Shown here: positions 32,448 through 43,061 of the stretch, one piece after another | Layout: every line of letters begins with the position of its first letter | Position numbering within the stretch: the first letter of the stretch is position 1 | NCBI GenBank assembly: GCA_963841435.1 | Contig: CAWJCS010000002.1 | Coordinates: forward strand, 800,001-864,000 | Direction: 5' to 3' | Origin: an uncultured delta proteobacterium | GTDB lineage: Bacteria > Myxococcota_A > Polyangia > Polyangiales > Polyangiaceae | Length of the DNA stretch: 64,000 nucleotides | Translations under genes and position numbers: made by a program | Notes under the pieces: generated by a model | The model's input: only the letters and a program-made list of their open reading frames with translations | Told to the model about the DNA's origin: nothing | Database searches by the model: none

Positions 32448-33689
32448 ATGAACAAGAGGACTTTGGGCGCGGTCGCGTTCGTAACGCTGTACGGATGCGC
32501 GCCGCAGGAACCACCCGCCGCACCGCTCTCGCCGCCACCCGAGCCAGTGGCCGCTCCCGTCGCCGTCGCGACGGCGCCAGCGCCCGCCCCGGCGCCGCTA
32601 CCGCCGCTCACCGCGGACGAGCGCGCGAAGGGATTCGAAGCGTGTTGGGGCGCCTTCAATGCGAAGGACTTCACGAAGCTCGGGGCTTGCTACGCGGAAA
32701 CGGGCACGTCCGAAAACGTCGATAGCGGCTTTCCCGTCTTCAACGGCCGCGCGGAGATCATCAAAAACACCCAGGGCTTCGCTACCGAGTATCCGGACGC
32801 GAACGGCGAGCTCGAGCTCACGCTCGTCAACGGCAACAACATTGCCTCGATCGTGCTGCTGCGCGGGACGAATTCCGGGCAGCTTCGCATGCCGGGTGGT
32901 GCCACCGCCCCCGCCACCAACAAGAAGATCGGCATCCTCATGGCGCACGTCATCGAAACGAGCGACGACGGCCGTGGCTTGCTCCACGAGCGAATCTTTC
33001 TCGACGCAAGCTCCCTGCTCGGTCAGCTTGGGTTGAACCCGGCGCCGCACCGCAAGCTCATCGAGAAGAGCTGGACCGAAAAGCCCCTCGTTCTCGCGGC
33101 GGGCAGTGACGTCGAGAAGGCGAACCTCGCGATGTTCGCCAAGGGCATCGAGGCCTTCAACAAGCACGACCTGAAGGCCGTGCTCGCCGACGTTGCCGAC
33201 GACGCGGTCTGGAGCGAAGCCAGCGCACCCGCCGACAAGGTGGGCAAGGCCGCAATCAAGAAGTCGTTCCAGGAGCTTTTCAAGGGCTTCTCCGACATCA
33301 AGATTGACGTGACCAAGAGTTGGGCTGCCGGTGACTACGTCGTTTCGGAAGGGATCTTCGCCGGTACGAACGACGGGCCCATGCCGAGCATGAAGCTCAA
33401 GAAGACCGGCAAGCCGGTGAGCACGCACTTCGTCGAGGTCGACAAGTACGAGGGCGGCAAGCTCAAGAACAGCTGGATTTTCGACAACGGCATGGCCTTC
33501 GCGATGCAGCTCGGGCTCGTCCCGCCGCCCGGCGGCGCTCCGGCCGGTAAGGACGCGAAGACCGCGCCCGCCAAGCCAGCGGCGCCCGCCCCCGCCGCCA
33601 AGTCTGCACCCGCGGCCGCGGCGCCCGCCATGACGGCGGCTCCGGCGATGAAGCCGGCTGCACCCGCAGCTCCGGCCTCTACGAAGTAG
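32448..33689 (+). CDS. Lipoprotein with two SnoaL-like (NTF2/ester cyclase) domains
   Basis: Lipobox LYGC; duplicated AFN..D.......AD / GTN.G.....ATNKK / GTNDG...TGKPV motifs; RBS GAAAGGA. Confidence 0.85.
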   Translation: MNKRTLGAVAFVTLYGCAPQEPPAAPLSPPPEPVAAPVAVATAPAPAPAPLPPLTADERAKGFEACWGAFNAKDFTKLGACYAETGTSENVDSGFPVFNGRAEIIKNTQGFATEYPDANGELELTLVNGNNIASIVLLRGTNSGQLRMPGGATAPATNKKIGILMAHVIETSDDGRGLLHERIFLDASSLLGQLGLNPAPHRKLIEKSWTEKPLVLAAGSDVEKANLAMFAKGIEAFNKHDLKAVLADVADDAVWSEASAPADKVGKAAIKKSFQELFKGFSDIKIDVTKSWAAGDYVVSEGIFAGTNDGPMPSMKLKKTGKPVSTHFVEVDKYEGGKLKNSWIFDNGMAFAMQLGLVPPPGGAPAGKDAKTAPAKPAAPAPAAKSAPAAAAPAMTAAPAMKPAAPAAPASTK

Positions 33690-34154
33690 CGAGCACGGGT
33701 GAGCTCGGCGTTCGGCCCCCTGGTCTGCACCAAGCAGACCGGTGGGGCCGCGTCGTCAGCGGCGCTTGCCGAGCGCCGTGAGCTCGTGGCTCATTTCCTC
33801 GGCTGTCTGCAGCACGCGGACGTTTGCCGCAAAGACGTGCTTGGCGACACGCTGGTCGATGAGCGCCTCTTCGAGATCCCCGGGCTCGCCCCCGCCGGTC
33901 CGAGCGGGCGCGTTCGAACGCATCGATTCTCATGGCAATCACCTGAGCGGGTGACGGCCGAGAACCTTGAGCGACACGAACCCCTGCACGGTGCGCCCTG
34001 CCTGTCTTCCAGCTTGGCTGCAACGCACGGCGCCCCCGTTACGTTCCCGAAACCTGGAGAACCTCGGATCGAAAGCAACGCGGGGCTGTGGTATTCGCCG
34101 CCACCGGCACCAGCCTGCCGCCCCACGGCGCTACCCAAAGAAGGACACGACCCC

Positions 34155-36314
34155 ATGGCTTTGAACTCACAGCGCACGACAGCGATCGCCAACCTAGCCG
34201 CCAAGCGGGCGGTGGCAGCGCCGCCCGGCCTGCAGGACGCAGAGGATGTTTTCGGTTCGGACGTGTTCGGCTACGAACAGATGGAGCAGCGCCTGCCCAA
34301 GGACGTTTTCAAGTCCCTCAAGAAGACGATCGAGAGCGCCGCGGTGCTCGATCCGAAGGTGGCCGATGTCGTGGCGGCAGCCATGAAGGACTGGGCGATG
34401 TCGAAGGGCGCGACCCACTTCGCGCACGTGTTCCACCCGCTCACGGGCTTCACCGCCGAGAAGCACGATGCATTCCTCTCCCCCGACGGCAAGGGCGGCG
34501 CGCTGAGCGAGTTCTCCGGCAAGCTCTTGGTTCAGGGCGAGCCTGACGCTTCGAGCTTCCCGAGCGGTGGCATCCGGGAAACGGCGCAGGCTCGCGGCTA
34601 CACGGCCTGGGACGCCACGAGCTTCGCCTACGTGCTCGGCTCCACGCTCTGCATCCCGACGGCTTTCGTGTCGTGGACCGGTGAAGCTCTGGACGTGAAG
34701 ACGCCGCTCATGCGCTCGAGCCAGTCGCTGAACCGGCATGCCCAGCGCATCCTGAAGCTGTTCGGACACGAGAAGCCTGCCACGGTGGTCTCTTACGCTG
34801 GCGCCGAGCAGGAGTACTTCCTCATCGATCGCAACTTCTACCTGACGCGCACCGATCTGCTCCTGAGCGGGCGTACCCTCTTCGGCGCGAAGCCCGCCAA
34901 GGGTCAGGAGTTCGAGGACCAGTACTTCGGTGCCATTCCGGAGCGCGTTCTCGCTTGCATGCAGGAGACGGAAACGGAGCTTTTCAAGCTCGGCATCCCG
35001 GCGAGGACCCGCCACAACGAGGTGGCGCCGAGCCAGTACGAGATCGCGCCGGTGTTCGAGACCGCCAACATCGCGACCGATCACCAGCAGCTGGTGATGA
35101 TCACGATGAAGAAGGTCGCGGAGCGCCACGGCTTCGTATGCCTGCTGCACGAGAAGCCCTTTGCGGGCGTCAACGGCTCGGGCAAGCACGTGAACTTCTC
35201 GTTCGGCAACTCGACGCAGGGCAACCTCCTCGACCCGGGCGACACGCCGCACGAAAATGCGCAGTTCCTCGTGTTCTGCAGCGCCATCATCCGGGGCGTC
35301 AGCAAGTTCGGCGGCCTTTTGCGCGCGGCGATTGCCTCCGCCCAGAACGATCACCGCCTGGGCGCCAACGAGGCCCCGCCCGCGATCATCTCGATCTTCC
35401 TCGGCGAGCAGCTGACGGACGTGTTCGAGCAGATCAAGGCGGGTGGTGCCAAGTCATCAAAGAGCAAGGGCACCCTCGAGATCGGGGTTGACACGCTCCC
35501 GAAGCTCCCCAAGGACCCGGGCGACCGCAACCGCACGAGCCCGTTCGCCTTCTGCGGCAATCGCTTCGAGTTCCGCGCCGTGGGCAGCGGGCAGTCGATC
35601 GGCACGCCGATGACCGTCGTCAACGCGGCCGTCACGGAGTCGCTCGACTACATCGCCACCAAGCTCGAGGCGGCGGTCGCCGCTGGCAAGCCGCTCAACC
35701 AGGCGATCCAGACGCTGCTTCAGGAAATCGCTTCGGAGCACATGCGCGTCGTGTTCAACGGCAACGGCTACACCGACGAGTGGCACGCCGAGGCCGAGAA
35801 GCGCGGCTTGCCGAACCTCAGGACCTCCGTGCACGCGCTGCCGGTGCTCGAGAGTCCCGAGGTCGTGGAGCTCTTCGACAAGTACGAGATCCTGAACCCG
35901 CGCGAGCTCCACAGCCGCTACGAAGTCGCCCTCGAGCAGTACGTGAAGACGGTGCTCGTCGAGGCAAAGCTCTGCATTTCGATGACCAAGACGCAGCTCC
36001 TGCCGGCGGCCCTGCGCTACCAGACCGAGCTGTCGGAAGGCATCGCGGCGGCCAAGGCTGCGGGCCTGAGCCCGAGCGTGGAGAGCCTCAAGCAGGTGGC
36101 GTCGCTCGCGGTCGAGCTCGAAACGCAGGTGAAGGCCATCGAAAGCGGGCTCGCGCACGAGAGCAGCGGGGCGTTCGACGAGTGCAAGCACCTGCGCGAC
36201 AAGGTGCTGCCGGCGATGGGCACCCTGCGCGCCGCGGCTGACAGGCTGGAAGGTCTGGTGGCCGACGATCTCTGGCCGCTGCCGACCTACCAGGAAATGC
36301 TCTTCATGCGCTGA
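34155..36314 (+). CDS. glnN: Glutamine synthetase type III
   Basis: [87 protein letters not shown]. Confidence 0.95.
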   Translation: MALNSQRTTAIANLAAKRAVAAPPGLQDAEDVFGSDVFGYEQMEQRLPKDVFKSLKKTIESAAVLDPKVADVVAAAMKDWAMSKGATHFAHVFHPLTGFTAEKHDAFLSPDGKGGALSEFSGKLLVQGEPDASSFPSGGIRETAQARGYTAWDATSFAYVLGSTLCIPTAFVSWTGEALDVKTPLMRSSQSLNRHAQRILKLFGHEKPATVVSYAGAEQEYFLIDRNFYLTRTDLLLSGRTLFGAKPAKGQEFEDQYFGAIPERVLACMQETETELFKLGIPARTRHNEVAPSQYEIAPVFETANIATDHQQLVMITMKKVAERHGFVCLLHEKPFAGVNGSGKHVNFSFGNSTQGNLLDPGDTPHENAQFLVFCSAIIRGVSKFGGLLRAAIASAQNDHRLGANEAPPAIISIFLGEQLTDVFEQIKAGGAKSSKSKGTLEIGVDTLPKLPKDPGDRNRTSPFAFCGNRFEFRAVGSGQSIGTPMTVVNAAVTESLDYIATKLEAAVAAGKPLNQAIQTLLQEIASEHMRVVFNGNGYTDEWHAEAEKRGLPNLRTSVHALPVLESPEVVELFDKYEILNPRELHSRYEVALEQYVKTVLVEAKLCISMTKTQLLPAALRYQTELSEGIAAAKAAGLSPSVESLKQVASLAVELETQVKAIESGLAHESSGAFDECKHLRDKVLPAMGTLRAAADRLEGLVADDLWPLPTYQEMLFMR

Positions 36315-36330
36315 GCACCCGGCAGACGCT

Positions 36331-36363
36331 CGGGTCCCGGAGGCAGTGCGCTTCCGGGGCCCG
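36331..36363. terminator. GC-rich hairpin between convergent genes
   Basis: CGGGTCCCGGAGGC-AGTGC-GCTTCCGGGGCCCG stem-loop just after the glnN stop. Confidence 0.6.
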
Positions 36364-36365
36364 GG

Positions 36366-37175
36366 TCAGTCGCCGAGCTCCGACTGACGCTCGATCTCGC
36401 GCTGAAATTTGCGCGGATCGCGAAATAGCGCGTCGATGCGCGCTCGAGCGGCGTCGCCGAGCTGGCCGGGCTGCGTCCCCAGGCTGCACTGCAAGAGCAC
36501 GGCGAGGCGGAGCAGGGGGTCCAGATCGTCCTGGCATTGCTTGCGAAAGTCCTCGTCGCTCATCGATGCTCGGAGCACGGCCGCCTCGAAGTCGACCGTG
36601 ACGATTTCGAGAGGTGAGGGGGACACGACGAAATTGTGCAGCTCCGCGTCACCGTGAGCGAGCCCCCCTTCGTGCAGCGCGGTCAGGGCCGCGTGGGCGA
36701 GCTCCGCCAGCTTCCAGAGTCCGGCGGCCGCGACGAAGTCGAGCTCGCGCGCCGCGCGCACGTTGCGGTCCTCCGGGTCCGTCTTGAAGGGGTGGAGCTT
36801 GCTGAAGGGTTGGCCCGGGACCATGCAGGCGCGGAACGTCTCGTTCGTGCACCCGATGGGCGGGAAAACGTCGATCAGCCGACTCGCGTCGAGCTGCCGG
36901 TCGTACTCGACCTGAGGGTCCCCATGGAGGCGCGCGGGGAAGTACGTTTTCTTGAAATGCAGGGGGTAGGTCGCGGCGAGCGGATGTTCGTTTCGCGTGC
37001 TCTCCCCGGCGATGACGATCTCGGCCGCCATTAGCGGTAGCCCGTTGGCCTCGCGGCGCGTCAGCGTTCTCACGGAGAAGTCTCGCCGAGGCGGGTGATC
37101 GACGAGCGTTTTGTACTCGGCCGCAAGACGCAGCGAATGGCGTGGTGACACCGCGATTAGGAAGTCCTGGTCCAC
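36366..37175 (-). CDS. Protein-kinase-like fold protein (Kdo/RIO/APH-like); start uncertain
   Basis: HFKK, LHEGGLAHGDAELHNFVV, VDFE; upstream part of ORF 36366-38285 is a shadow of the opposite-strand gene. Confidence 0.6.
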   Translation of the reverse strand: MDQDFLIAVSPRHSLRLAAEYKTLVDHPPRRDFSVRTLTRREANGLPLMAAEIVIAGESTRNEHPLAATYPLHFKKTYFPARLHGDPQVEYDRQLDASRLIDVFPPIGCTNETFRACMVPGQPFSKLHPFKTDPEDRNVRAARELDFVAAAGLWKLAELAHAALTALHEGGLAHGDAELHNFVVSPSPLEIVTVDFEAAVLRASMSDEDFRKQCQDDLDPLLRLAVLLQCSLGTQPGQLGDAARARIDALFRDPRKFQREIERQSELGD

Positions 37176-37372
37176 GACGAAGGTACGCTCGCAGACTGGC
37201 GCGCAGGCGTGAAGCCCTCGGGCCGTCGCCCCGGCGTTTTCAGGGCTCAGCGCCCGGAGACGCCGGCGCGCCGGGGACGGTGCTCGCGGTCGTCTCTTGC
37301 TGCCACGCCGCGCCGCGGCCGCCACTTGCTCGCGGGCCCGAGTGGCGGTAACCGAAGGGGGGAAGGGACGGC

Positions 37373-38476
37373 ATGGGCGCTCGATCGAAACGAGAATCCG
37401 GGACCGAGGGGCGCGTGTCTCGAGAACCGCCTTCGGGCGACGAGACACCGAGCCGCCCGTCGGCACCCGAAAGTCTGCCCGCGCCGCCGCGCGTGCGGAC
37501 GAAGAGGCGCAAGAAGCGCCTCTCGGCGCACGCGAAGCTCGTCGAGGCGCGAGCGGCGTCCATCCCGCCGCGCGTGGTGCACGAGCTGTTCGACACGTCG
37601 GCGCTTCCGCCGCCGCCGCGGCCACCCGAGCTCGCGCCGCCCACGCGGCCACCTCCCGTCCATCCGCCCCGCCGCATGTCATCGAGGCCGCCACCGCCGC
37701 CACCGCGGCCGAGTCGATCCCCCGGTGCACCGGAGGCGCCGAGCGGGGGGCCGTCGGCGTCGCTTGGCGACGAGCTGGCGTCACAGACCATTCCGTTGCT
37801 CGTTCTGCCGCCGCGCGAAGCGAGTGCCACGCGCACGGCGACCGCGCGCGCCGTCGTGTTCCCCGTGGCGCTCGGCGCGGGCGTCGTCGCGCTCTCGGCG
37901 GCGCTGCTGCTTCCCGCTCTGCGTGACCCAACGCTCGCCACGCGTGCTCCGACGACGCCAGCATCCGTTTTACACGAGCCAACGTCGACGTCCACTCCCG
38001 GCCCCACCGTGTCGCCGTCGCCGTCGGCGTCGGCGAGCAGCGTTGCTTCGCCGTGGAGTGCCGAGGCGTCCGCGGAGGCCGTCGCGCCCGTCGCGTCGGG
38101 GTCCGCGGAGACGGCCGATTCGCCGCCCGAAATCGAGGAGCAGCGGCCCCCGGCCGTGCCCGCTGACGCGCACCCGAGGGCGCGAACGCCCGCCACGACG
38201 TCCTCGCTGCCTCCGTTCGACGCCGCCGCTGCAACGCAGGCCATCGGGGAGGCCTTCGAGCGCGCGCGCGCTTGCCGCTCGGCATCCGACTCGCCGGAGC
38301 TCGTGACGGTCACGCTCACGTACGCCCCGTCGGGGCGCGTCACGACCGCGCTCGTCTCGGGCGCGTACGCGGGAACGTCCACGGGCGGCTGCGTCGCCGC
38401 CACGTTGCGGAGCGCCCAGGTGCCGGCGTTCGCGGGCGACTATCTCACCGTGCGGCAGAGCGCGCGGCTCGAATGA
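37373..38476 (+). CDS. Pro-rich single-pass membrane protein with TonB-C/GltJ-like C-terminal domain
   Basis: TM VALGAGVVALSAALLLP; PFDAAAATQAI...C...VTLTYAPSGRV...GGCVAATLRSAQVPAF. Confidence 0.7.
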   Translation: MGARSKRESGTEGRVSREPPSGDETPSRPSAPESLPAPPRVRTKRRKKRLSAHAKLVEARAASIPPRVVHELFDTSALPPPPRPPELAPPTRPPPVHPPRRMSSRPPPPPPRPSRSPGAPEAPSGGPSASLGDELASQTIPLLVLPPREASATRTATARAVVFPVALGAGVVALSAALLLPALRDPTLATRAPTTPASVLHEPTSTSTPGPTVSPSPSASASSVASPWSAEASAEAVAPVASGSAETADSPPEIEEQRPPAVPADAHPRARTPATTSSLPPFDAAAATQAIGEAFERARACRSASDSPELVTVTLTYAPSGRVTTALVSGAYAGTSTGGCVAATLRSAQVPAFAGDYLTVRQSARLE

Positions 38477-38545
38477 GCGACGGAAGCTCCGTGCGCCTGG
38501 CCGCCGCTTGACCCGAAGAGCTAGGGAGACGATGCTCCGACCGCG

Positions 38546-38980
38546 ATGTTGCTCGAGGCGATCAAGGCGCGCATGTTCGAGGCGATGAAGGCCGGGCGCG
38601 TCGTCGAGAAGGAGATCCTGCGCGTCGCCGTCGGCGAGATCACCACCGAACGTGCGCGCGAGGGCCGGCAGGGCGACGATGCCGAGGCGCAGGCGATCGT
38701 CGCCAAGCTCGTCAAATCGAACCAGGAATCGCTCGCGGCGAGCGAGGACCCCGCGCAGCGCGCCGTGCTCGAGCAGGAGATCGCGATCTTGTCCGCCTTT
38801 TTGCCGAAGACGCTCGGGATCGACGAGATCCTCGGCTTGCTCGAGCCCGTTCGTGACGCCATTCGTGCGGCAGGCGGCGATGGTCAGGCGACCGGCGTCG
38901 CCATGAAGCACCTCAAGGCCGCGGGCGCGGCCGTGAACGGCAAAGAAGTCGCCGAAGCCGTCAAGCGCCTGCGGGCCTGA
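38546..38980 (+). CDS. GatB/YqeY domain protein
   Basis: IKARMFEAMKAG, EQEIAILSAFLPKTL, GVAMKHLK...VNGKEV. Confidence 0.88.
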   Translation: MLLEAIKARMFEAMKAGRVVEKEILRVAVGEITTERAREGRQGDDAEAQAIVAKLVKSNQESLAASEDPAQRAVLEQEIAILSAFLPKTLGIDEILGLLEPVRDAIRAAGGDGQATGVAMKHLKAAGAAVNGKEVAEAVKRLRA

Positions 38981-39033
38981 CGTCGCCGGCTAGCCCGTCG
39001 GTGTGCCTGCCGAGCGAGCCCGACACGCTCGGC

Positions 39034-40689
39034 TCAGACCGGAGCCGCCATCGGCGGGCGGTCGCTCTCGCGACCGTCGTCGCTCCCGCCACCACGCACC
39101 GGCTCGTCGCCGCCGAAGCGCTCGACGTAGTCTTCGTACCCGCCCTGCCAATCGATGAGGCCGTCGGAGGTGAACGCGAAGATCCGGGTTGCGAACTCGG
39201 CAACGAGGTCGCGGTCGTGGGTCACGACGAACGCCGTGCCCTCGAACTTCCCGAGCGCGTCACCGAGCGCCACGATCGACTCCAGGTCCAAGTGGTTGGT
39301 CGGCTCGTCGAGGATGAGCACGTTGTCCTTGGTGAGCATCAGCTTCGAAAAGATCAGGCGCACGGCCTCGCCGCCGGAAAGCGCCTCCGTGGGCTTGAGC
39401 CCTTCCTCGCCCTTGAAGAGCATGCGGCCGAGCAACCCGCGCACGTCCTGGAGCGACGCCTTCGGGTCGAACGAGTGCAAAAATTCCGACACGGTGAGCC
39501 CATCGGGGATGTCCGCGCGGTGATCTTGCGCAAGATAGCCGATGCTCGTCTGGCTGCCCCACTCGACGCGCCCCTCGTCCGGCTCGAGGTCACCCACGAG
39601 CATCTTGCAAAGCGTGGTCTTGCCGACGCCCGTCTTGCCGATGATGGCGACCTTCTCGCCGCGCGTGATCACCGCCCGGAACGACTCGCAAACCGTGACC
39701 TCCGGCCAGGCCTTGGACAAGCCTTCGATCGTGAGAGTCTGCTTGCTGGAAGGCTTTTTGACCTGGAACTGGATGAACGGCCGCTCGATGTTCGAGCGCT
39801 TGAGGTCCGTCAACGTGAGCCGGTCGAGCTGCTTCTTGCGGCTCTGCACCTGGGAAGCGCGCGTGCCCGCGGAGAAGCGCGCGACGAAATCCTGGAGCTG
39901 GGCAATCTTCTTTTGCCGCTCGGTGTTCTCCTGCTCCACCTTGCCGCGCACCTGGCCTTTGGCGCGCACCATGTCGTCGTAGCCGCCCGTGTAGACGATG
40001 ATGGTCTCGTAGTCGATGTCGGCGATGTGCGTGCAGATGCGATTCAGAAAGCGCCGATCGTGCGAGATCACGAGCAGCACGCCCTTGTAGCCGCCGAGGA
40101 AGCGCTCGAGCCAGCGGATGCTGTCGATGTCGAGGTTGTTGGTGGGCTCGTCGAGCAACAGGGCGTCGGGGCTGCCGAACAGGGCCTGGGCGAGCAACAC
40201 CCGGAGCTTTCGGCCGCCCGGTAGCTCGCTCATGCACTTTTCGTGGTCGCTTTCTGGGATGCCGAGGCCCGAAAGCAGCTCGCCCGCGTCGGCCTCGGCG
40301 CTGTAGCCGTCCTCCTCGGCGATCGTCCCCTCGAGCTCGCCGAGGCGAACTCCCTCGGCGTCGGTGACGTTGGGCTTAGCGAGGAGCAGCTCCTTCTCCT
40401 CGAGTGCGGCCCACAGCCTGGCGTTGCCCATGATCACGACATCGAGCGCTCGCCACGACTCGAACGCGAACTGGTCCTGCTTGAGCACGCTCGTGCGCTC
40501 GGGCCGCCGGACGTTGCCGCTGTCGGGCTCGAGGTCGCCGGCGATGATCTTGAGAAACGTGGACTTTCCGGCCCCGTTCGGGCCCGTGAGCCCATAACGC
40601 CGGCCGGGGCTGAACGAGACCGCGACCTCCTGGAAAAGGCGCTTCTCCCCGTAGGCTTTGCTGACGTCAAAAACCTCGATCGCTGCCAT
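39034..40689 (-). CDS. ABC-F family ATPase (YbiT-like ribosome-associated factor)
   Basis: Two ABC domains (GPNGAGKST, LDEPTNNLD; GKTGVGKTT, LSGGE, LDEPTNHLD), no TM segments. Confidence 0.93.
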   Translation of the reverse strand: MAAIEVFDVSKAYGEKRLFQEVAVSFSPGRRYGLTGPNGAGKSTFLKIIAGDLEPDSGNVRRPERTSVLKQDQFAFESWRALDVVIMGNARLWAALEEKELLLAKPNVTDAEGVRLGELEGTIAEEDGYSAEADAGELLSGLGIPESDHEKCMSELPGGRKLRVLLAQALFGSPDALLLDEPTNNLDIDSIRWLERFLGGYKGVLLVISHDRRFLNRICTHIADIDYETIIVYTGGYDDMVRAKGQVRGKVEQENTERQKKIAQLQDFVARFSAGTRASQVQSRKKQLDRLTLTDLKRSNIERPFIQFQVKKPSSKQTLTIEGLSKAWPEVTVCESFRAVITRGEKVAIIGKTGVGKTTLCKMLVGDLEPDEGRVEWGSQTSIGYLAQDHRADIPDGLTVSEFLHSFDPKASLQDVRGLLGRMLFKGEEGLKPTEALSGGEAVRLIFSKLMLTKDNVLILDEPTNHLDLESIVALGDALGKFEGTAFVVTHDRDLVAEFATRIFAFTSDGLIDWQGGYEDYVERFGGDEPVRGGGSDDGRESDRPPMAAPV

Positions 40690-40815
40690 GGCGGGCGAGC
40701 TATTAGCAGGTTTTTGGCCTCATGCCGCTCGGTCGCCCGATCCCGCGCGGAAACACGGCGGCCCGGCTGCGGGCCTGCGCGTCGTGCCCGCAGGGCCGCG
40801 CCGAAAGACGCAGAG

Positions 40816-41256
40816 CTAACGCGGCGGCGGGAAGTCGGCCTCGCAGTGGCTGCTCGACAGATTGCAGAGCGAGGCGAGCCCGACAACGAGCGCCGTTCCG
40901 CCGACGACTGCGAGGACGACGAGCCCCGGCTCCGGTTCCTTGCCGGCCGGCACCTTGTGCACCGTGAGGCACGCCGTCTCGGGCGGTATCTCGTAGGCGT
41001 CGCATGCGACGCCGACCGTCTTCTCGAAGCCCGGGCAGCTCGACAGGCACTCGACGTACGCCTTCGGGTCGGCGACGCTCTGGCACTTCCCGTAGCAGCG
41101 GAACGCGGCGCCGGGGTCTACCGCATTGTGGCGGAGCTTGAGGCGATAGCGAATGGCGTTGGGATCCTGGTTCGTCCCGCCTTTCGTCGCGCTCGACGCG
41201 CCCTTGCCCGAGCAGGCGAGGCAAGCAGAAAGGACGAGCGCGGTGACGGTCCTCAC
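40816..41256 (-). CDS. Cys-rich lipoprotein of unknown function
   Basis: LSACLAC lipobox; C..KC...ECLSSCPG motif; C-terminal TM; immediately downstream of Prx. Confidence 0.6.
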   Translation of the reverse strand: MRTVTALVLSACLACSGKGASSATKGGTNQDPNAIRYRLKLRHNAVDPGAAFRCYGKCQSVADPKAYVECLSSCPGFEKTVGVACDAYEIPPETACLTVHKVPAGKEPEPGLVVLAVVGGTALVVGLASLCNLSSSHCEADFPPPR

Positions 41257-41257
41257 G

Positions 41258-41761
41258 TCAAGCGAGCTGGTCGAGAATCGTCTTCGCATCGCTCACTTCG
41301 AACTTTCCGGGCGCTTCGACGTTGAGCGCTTTGACGACGCCGTCCTCGACGAGCATCGAGAAGCGCTGCATGCGGATGCCCATGCCGGTCTTCGAAAGAT
41401 CGCGCGAGAGCCCCAGCTGGTTTGCGAGCTCCGCGTTGCCGTCTCCCAGAAAGCGGATCTTGCCGAGCGCCTTCTGCTCACGCGCCCAGGCCGCCATCAC
41501 GTAGCCGTCGTTGACGGAGAGGCACCAAATCTCGTCGATACCTTTCTGCCTGAGGGCGTCGTAGCTTTGCAGATAGCTTGGCACGTGTTGGGCCGAGCAG
41601 GTCGCCGTGAAAGCGCCTGGCAACCCGAACACCACGAGGCGCTTGCCGCGCGCCGCTTCGGCGACGCTGACTTCGCTGGGTTTGATCGGACATGCATCGC
41701 CGAACTCGAGAGACTCGTAGAGCGTCGCGTCGGGGAGCCTTTCACCCACCTGGATCGTCAT
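41258..41761 (-). CDS. Peroxiredoxin, Prx5/type II
   Basis: GLPGAFTATCSAQHVP, CLSVNDGYVM.AW, RFSMLVEDG. Confidence 0.93.
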   Translation of the reverse strand: MTIQVGERLPDATLYESLEFGDACPIKPSEVSVAEAARGKRLVVFGLPGAFTATCSAQHVPSYLQSYDALRQKGIDEIWCLSVNDGYVMAAWAREQKALGKIRFLGDGNAELANQLGLSRDLSKTGMGIRMQRFSMLVEDGVVKALNVEAPGKFEVSDAKTILDQLA

Positions 41762-41944
41762 GGCGCGAGCCTAACATCTCCTTGGTGAACCCGATGGCGC
41801 CGAGGGCGGACGAGGAGGCTCGACAAGCCGACGCCTTGACCTCCGAGGCGCCAAAAGTGCGGGAGTAGGGTGCATGCGCCACGGGATCTGGCGAGGGTGA
41901 GCGCCTTTTCGTGAACTGCAGCCCGAGCTGGGTACACTTGGCCC

Positions 41945-42940
41945 ATGTTTGCTTCGTCCTCGCGCGCGCGCGCGCTTCTGGTCACCGGGGCGTGGGGTCT
42001 CTTGGGATGCGGCGAAAACGCGGGCGACCCGGCGCCGTCGGCGGGAACCGGTGGTGGCTCGGGCGGTGCGCTTTCGGGCGCAGGGGGAGCGGGCCAGGCG
42101 GGGACGGGCGGTACGGCGGGTGGCGGCACCGCGGGCGTCTCGGGTCAAGCAGGCGTCGGTGGCGCGTCGGGCGCGGGCGCTGGAGGCGTCGGTGCTCAGG
42201 CGGGCACGAGTGGCGCGGCGGCGCAAGCGGGCGCGGCCGGCGGCGGCGGAACCGCGGGCGTCGCCACCGTGAGCTACCGAACCGCGATCGCGCCCTTGTT
42301 CGGAGATGCTTGCGTGCCCTGTCACCACACGGGGAGCCTCGTGATGGATATCGAGCACCCGTTCACGCCCGTTTCGGGGCTCGTCGATTCCGACAACACG
42401 TGGGCCATCGCACACCCGGAAGGCAACACGCCTGCGCGGAACGTCGCTCCCGGCGATCCCGACAACAGCTTCTTGATGATGAAGATCGGGCCTGCCAGCC
42501 TCGACGCAGCGACGGCTGGTCAGCCAATGCCGTGGCAGGTTCCCACGCTGACGGACCCGGAGGTTCAGGCCATCAGTGATTGGATCACGGCCGGCGCGCC
42601 GAACGATGCGTCATTCACCGCCACGATCCGCCCGATTCTCGGTACGCTCGGTACGCTGACCGGAAAGTGCATCCACTGTCACTGGCCGGGCGGTCAGATG
42701 CCCAATTTCGACAATCCCTTCGATCCGATCAGCGGGGCGGTCGGGGTCATGAGCGAGACCGTCGAGCAGATGATCATCGCGCCGGGCGACCCGAGTGCGA
42801 GCTTTCTGATGACGAAGGTGACGAGCGCGAGCCTACCGCCCGCCCAGGGCCTGCCGATGCCGGCGCACTTTCGCCGTCTCACCGACGCGGAGGTCGGCCT
42901 CGTCCGCACCTGGATCAGCGAAGGCGCTCAGGACAACTGA
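41945..42940 (+). CDS. Diheme c-type cytochrome lipoprotein (two repeated domains)
   Basis: Lipobox LLGC; CVPCH and CIHCH, each followed by PGDP..SFLM.K...G.PMP...LTD.EV..(I/V)..WI..GA. Confidence 0.85.
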   Translation: MFASSSRARALLVTGAWGLLGCGENAGDPAPSAGTGGGSGGALSGAGGAGQAGTGGTAGGGTAGVSGQAGVGGASGAGAGGVGAQAGTSGAAAQAGAAGGGGTAGVATVSYRTAIAPLFGDACVPCHHTGSLVMDIEHPFTPVSGLVDSDNTWAIAHPEGNTPARNVAPGDPDNSFLMMKIGPASLDAATAGQPMPWQVPTLTDPEVQAISDWITAGAPNDASFTATIRPILGTLGTLTGKCIHCHWPGGQMPNFDNPFDPISGAVGVMSETVEQMIIAPGDPSASFLMTKVTSASLPPAQGLPMPAHFRRLTDAEVGLVRTWISEGAQDN

Positions 42941-43061
42941 GCGGGCGCGGCGTCTTGCCCCAGCTCCGTGGCCGACACGGGTCGGTCATGCGCGTGGCCG
43001 CGCCGCGTTCCGGGCCGGCGCGTGTCCTGTTACGATGACGCTCGAGACGCGAGGATCGCCA

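Noticed and set aside
33699-34154. N-terminal extension of GS-III and a sigma54 promoter upstream
   Set aside because: RBS and homology favour ATG 34155; the best GG..GC candidate (34106-34118) has 9-nt rather than 10-nt spacing
37176-38285. Upstream half of the 639-aa minus-strand ORF and many other long Arg/Ala/Pro-rich overlapping ORFs
   Set aside because: Shadow ORFs of real opposite-strand genes in high-GC DNA
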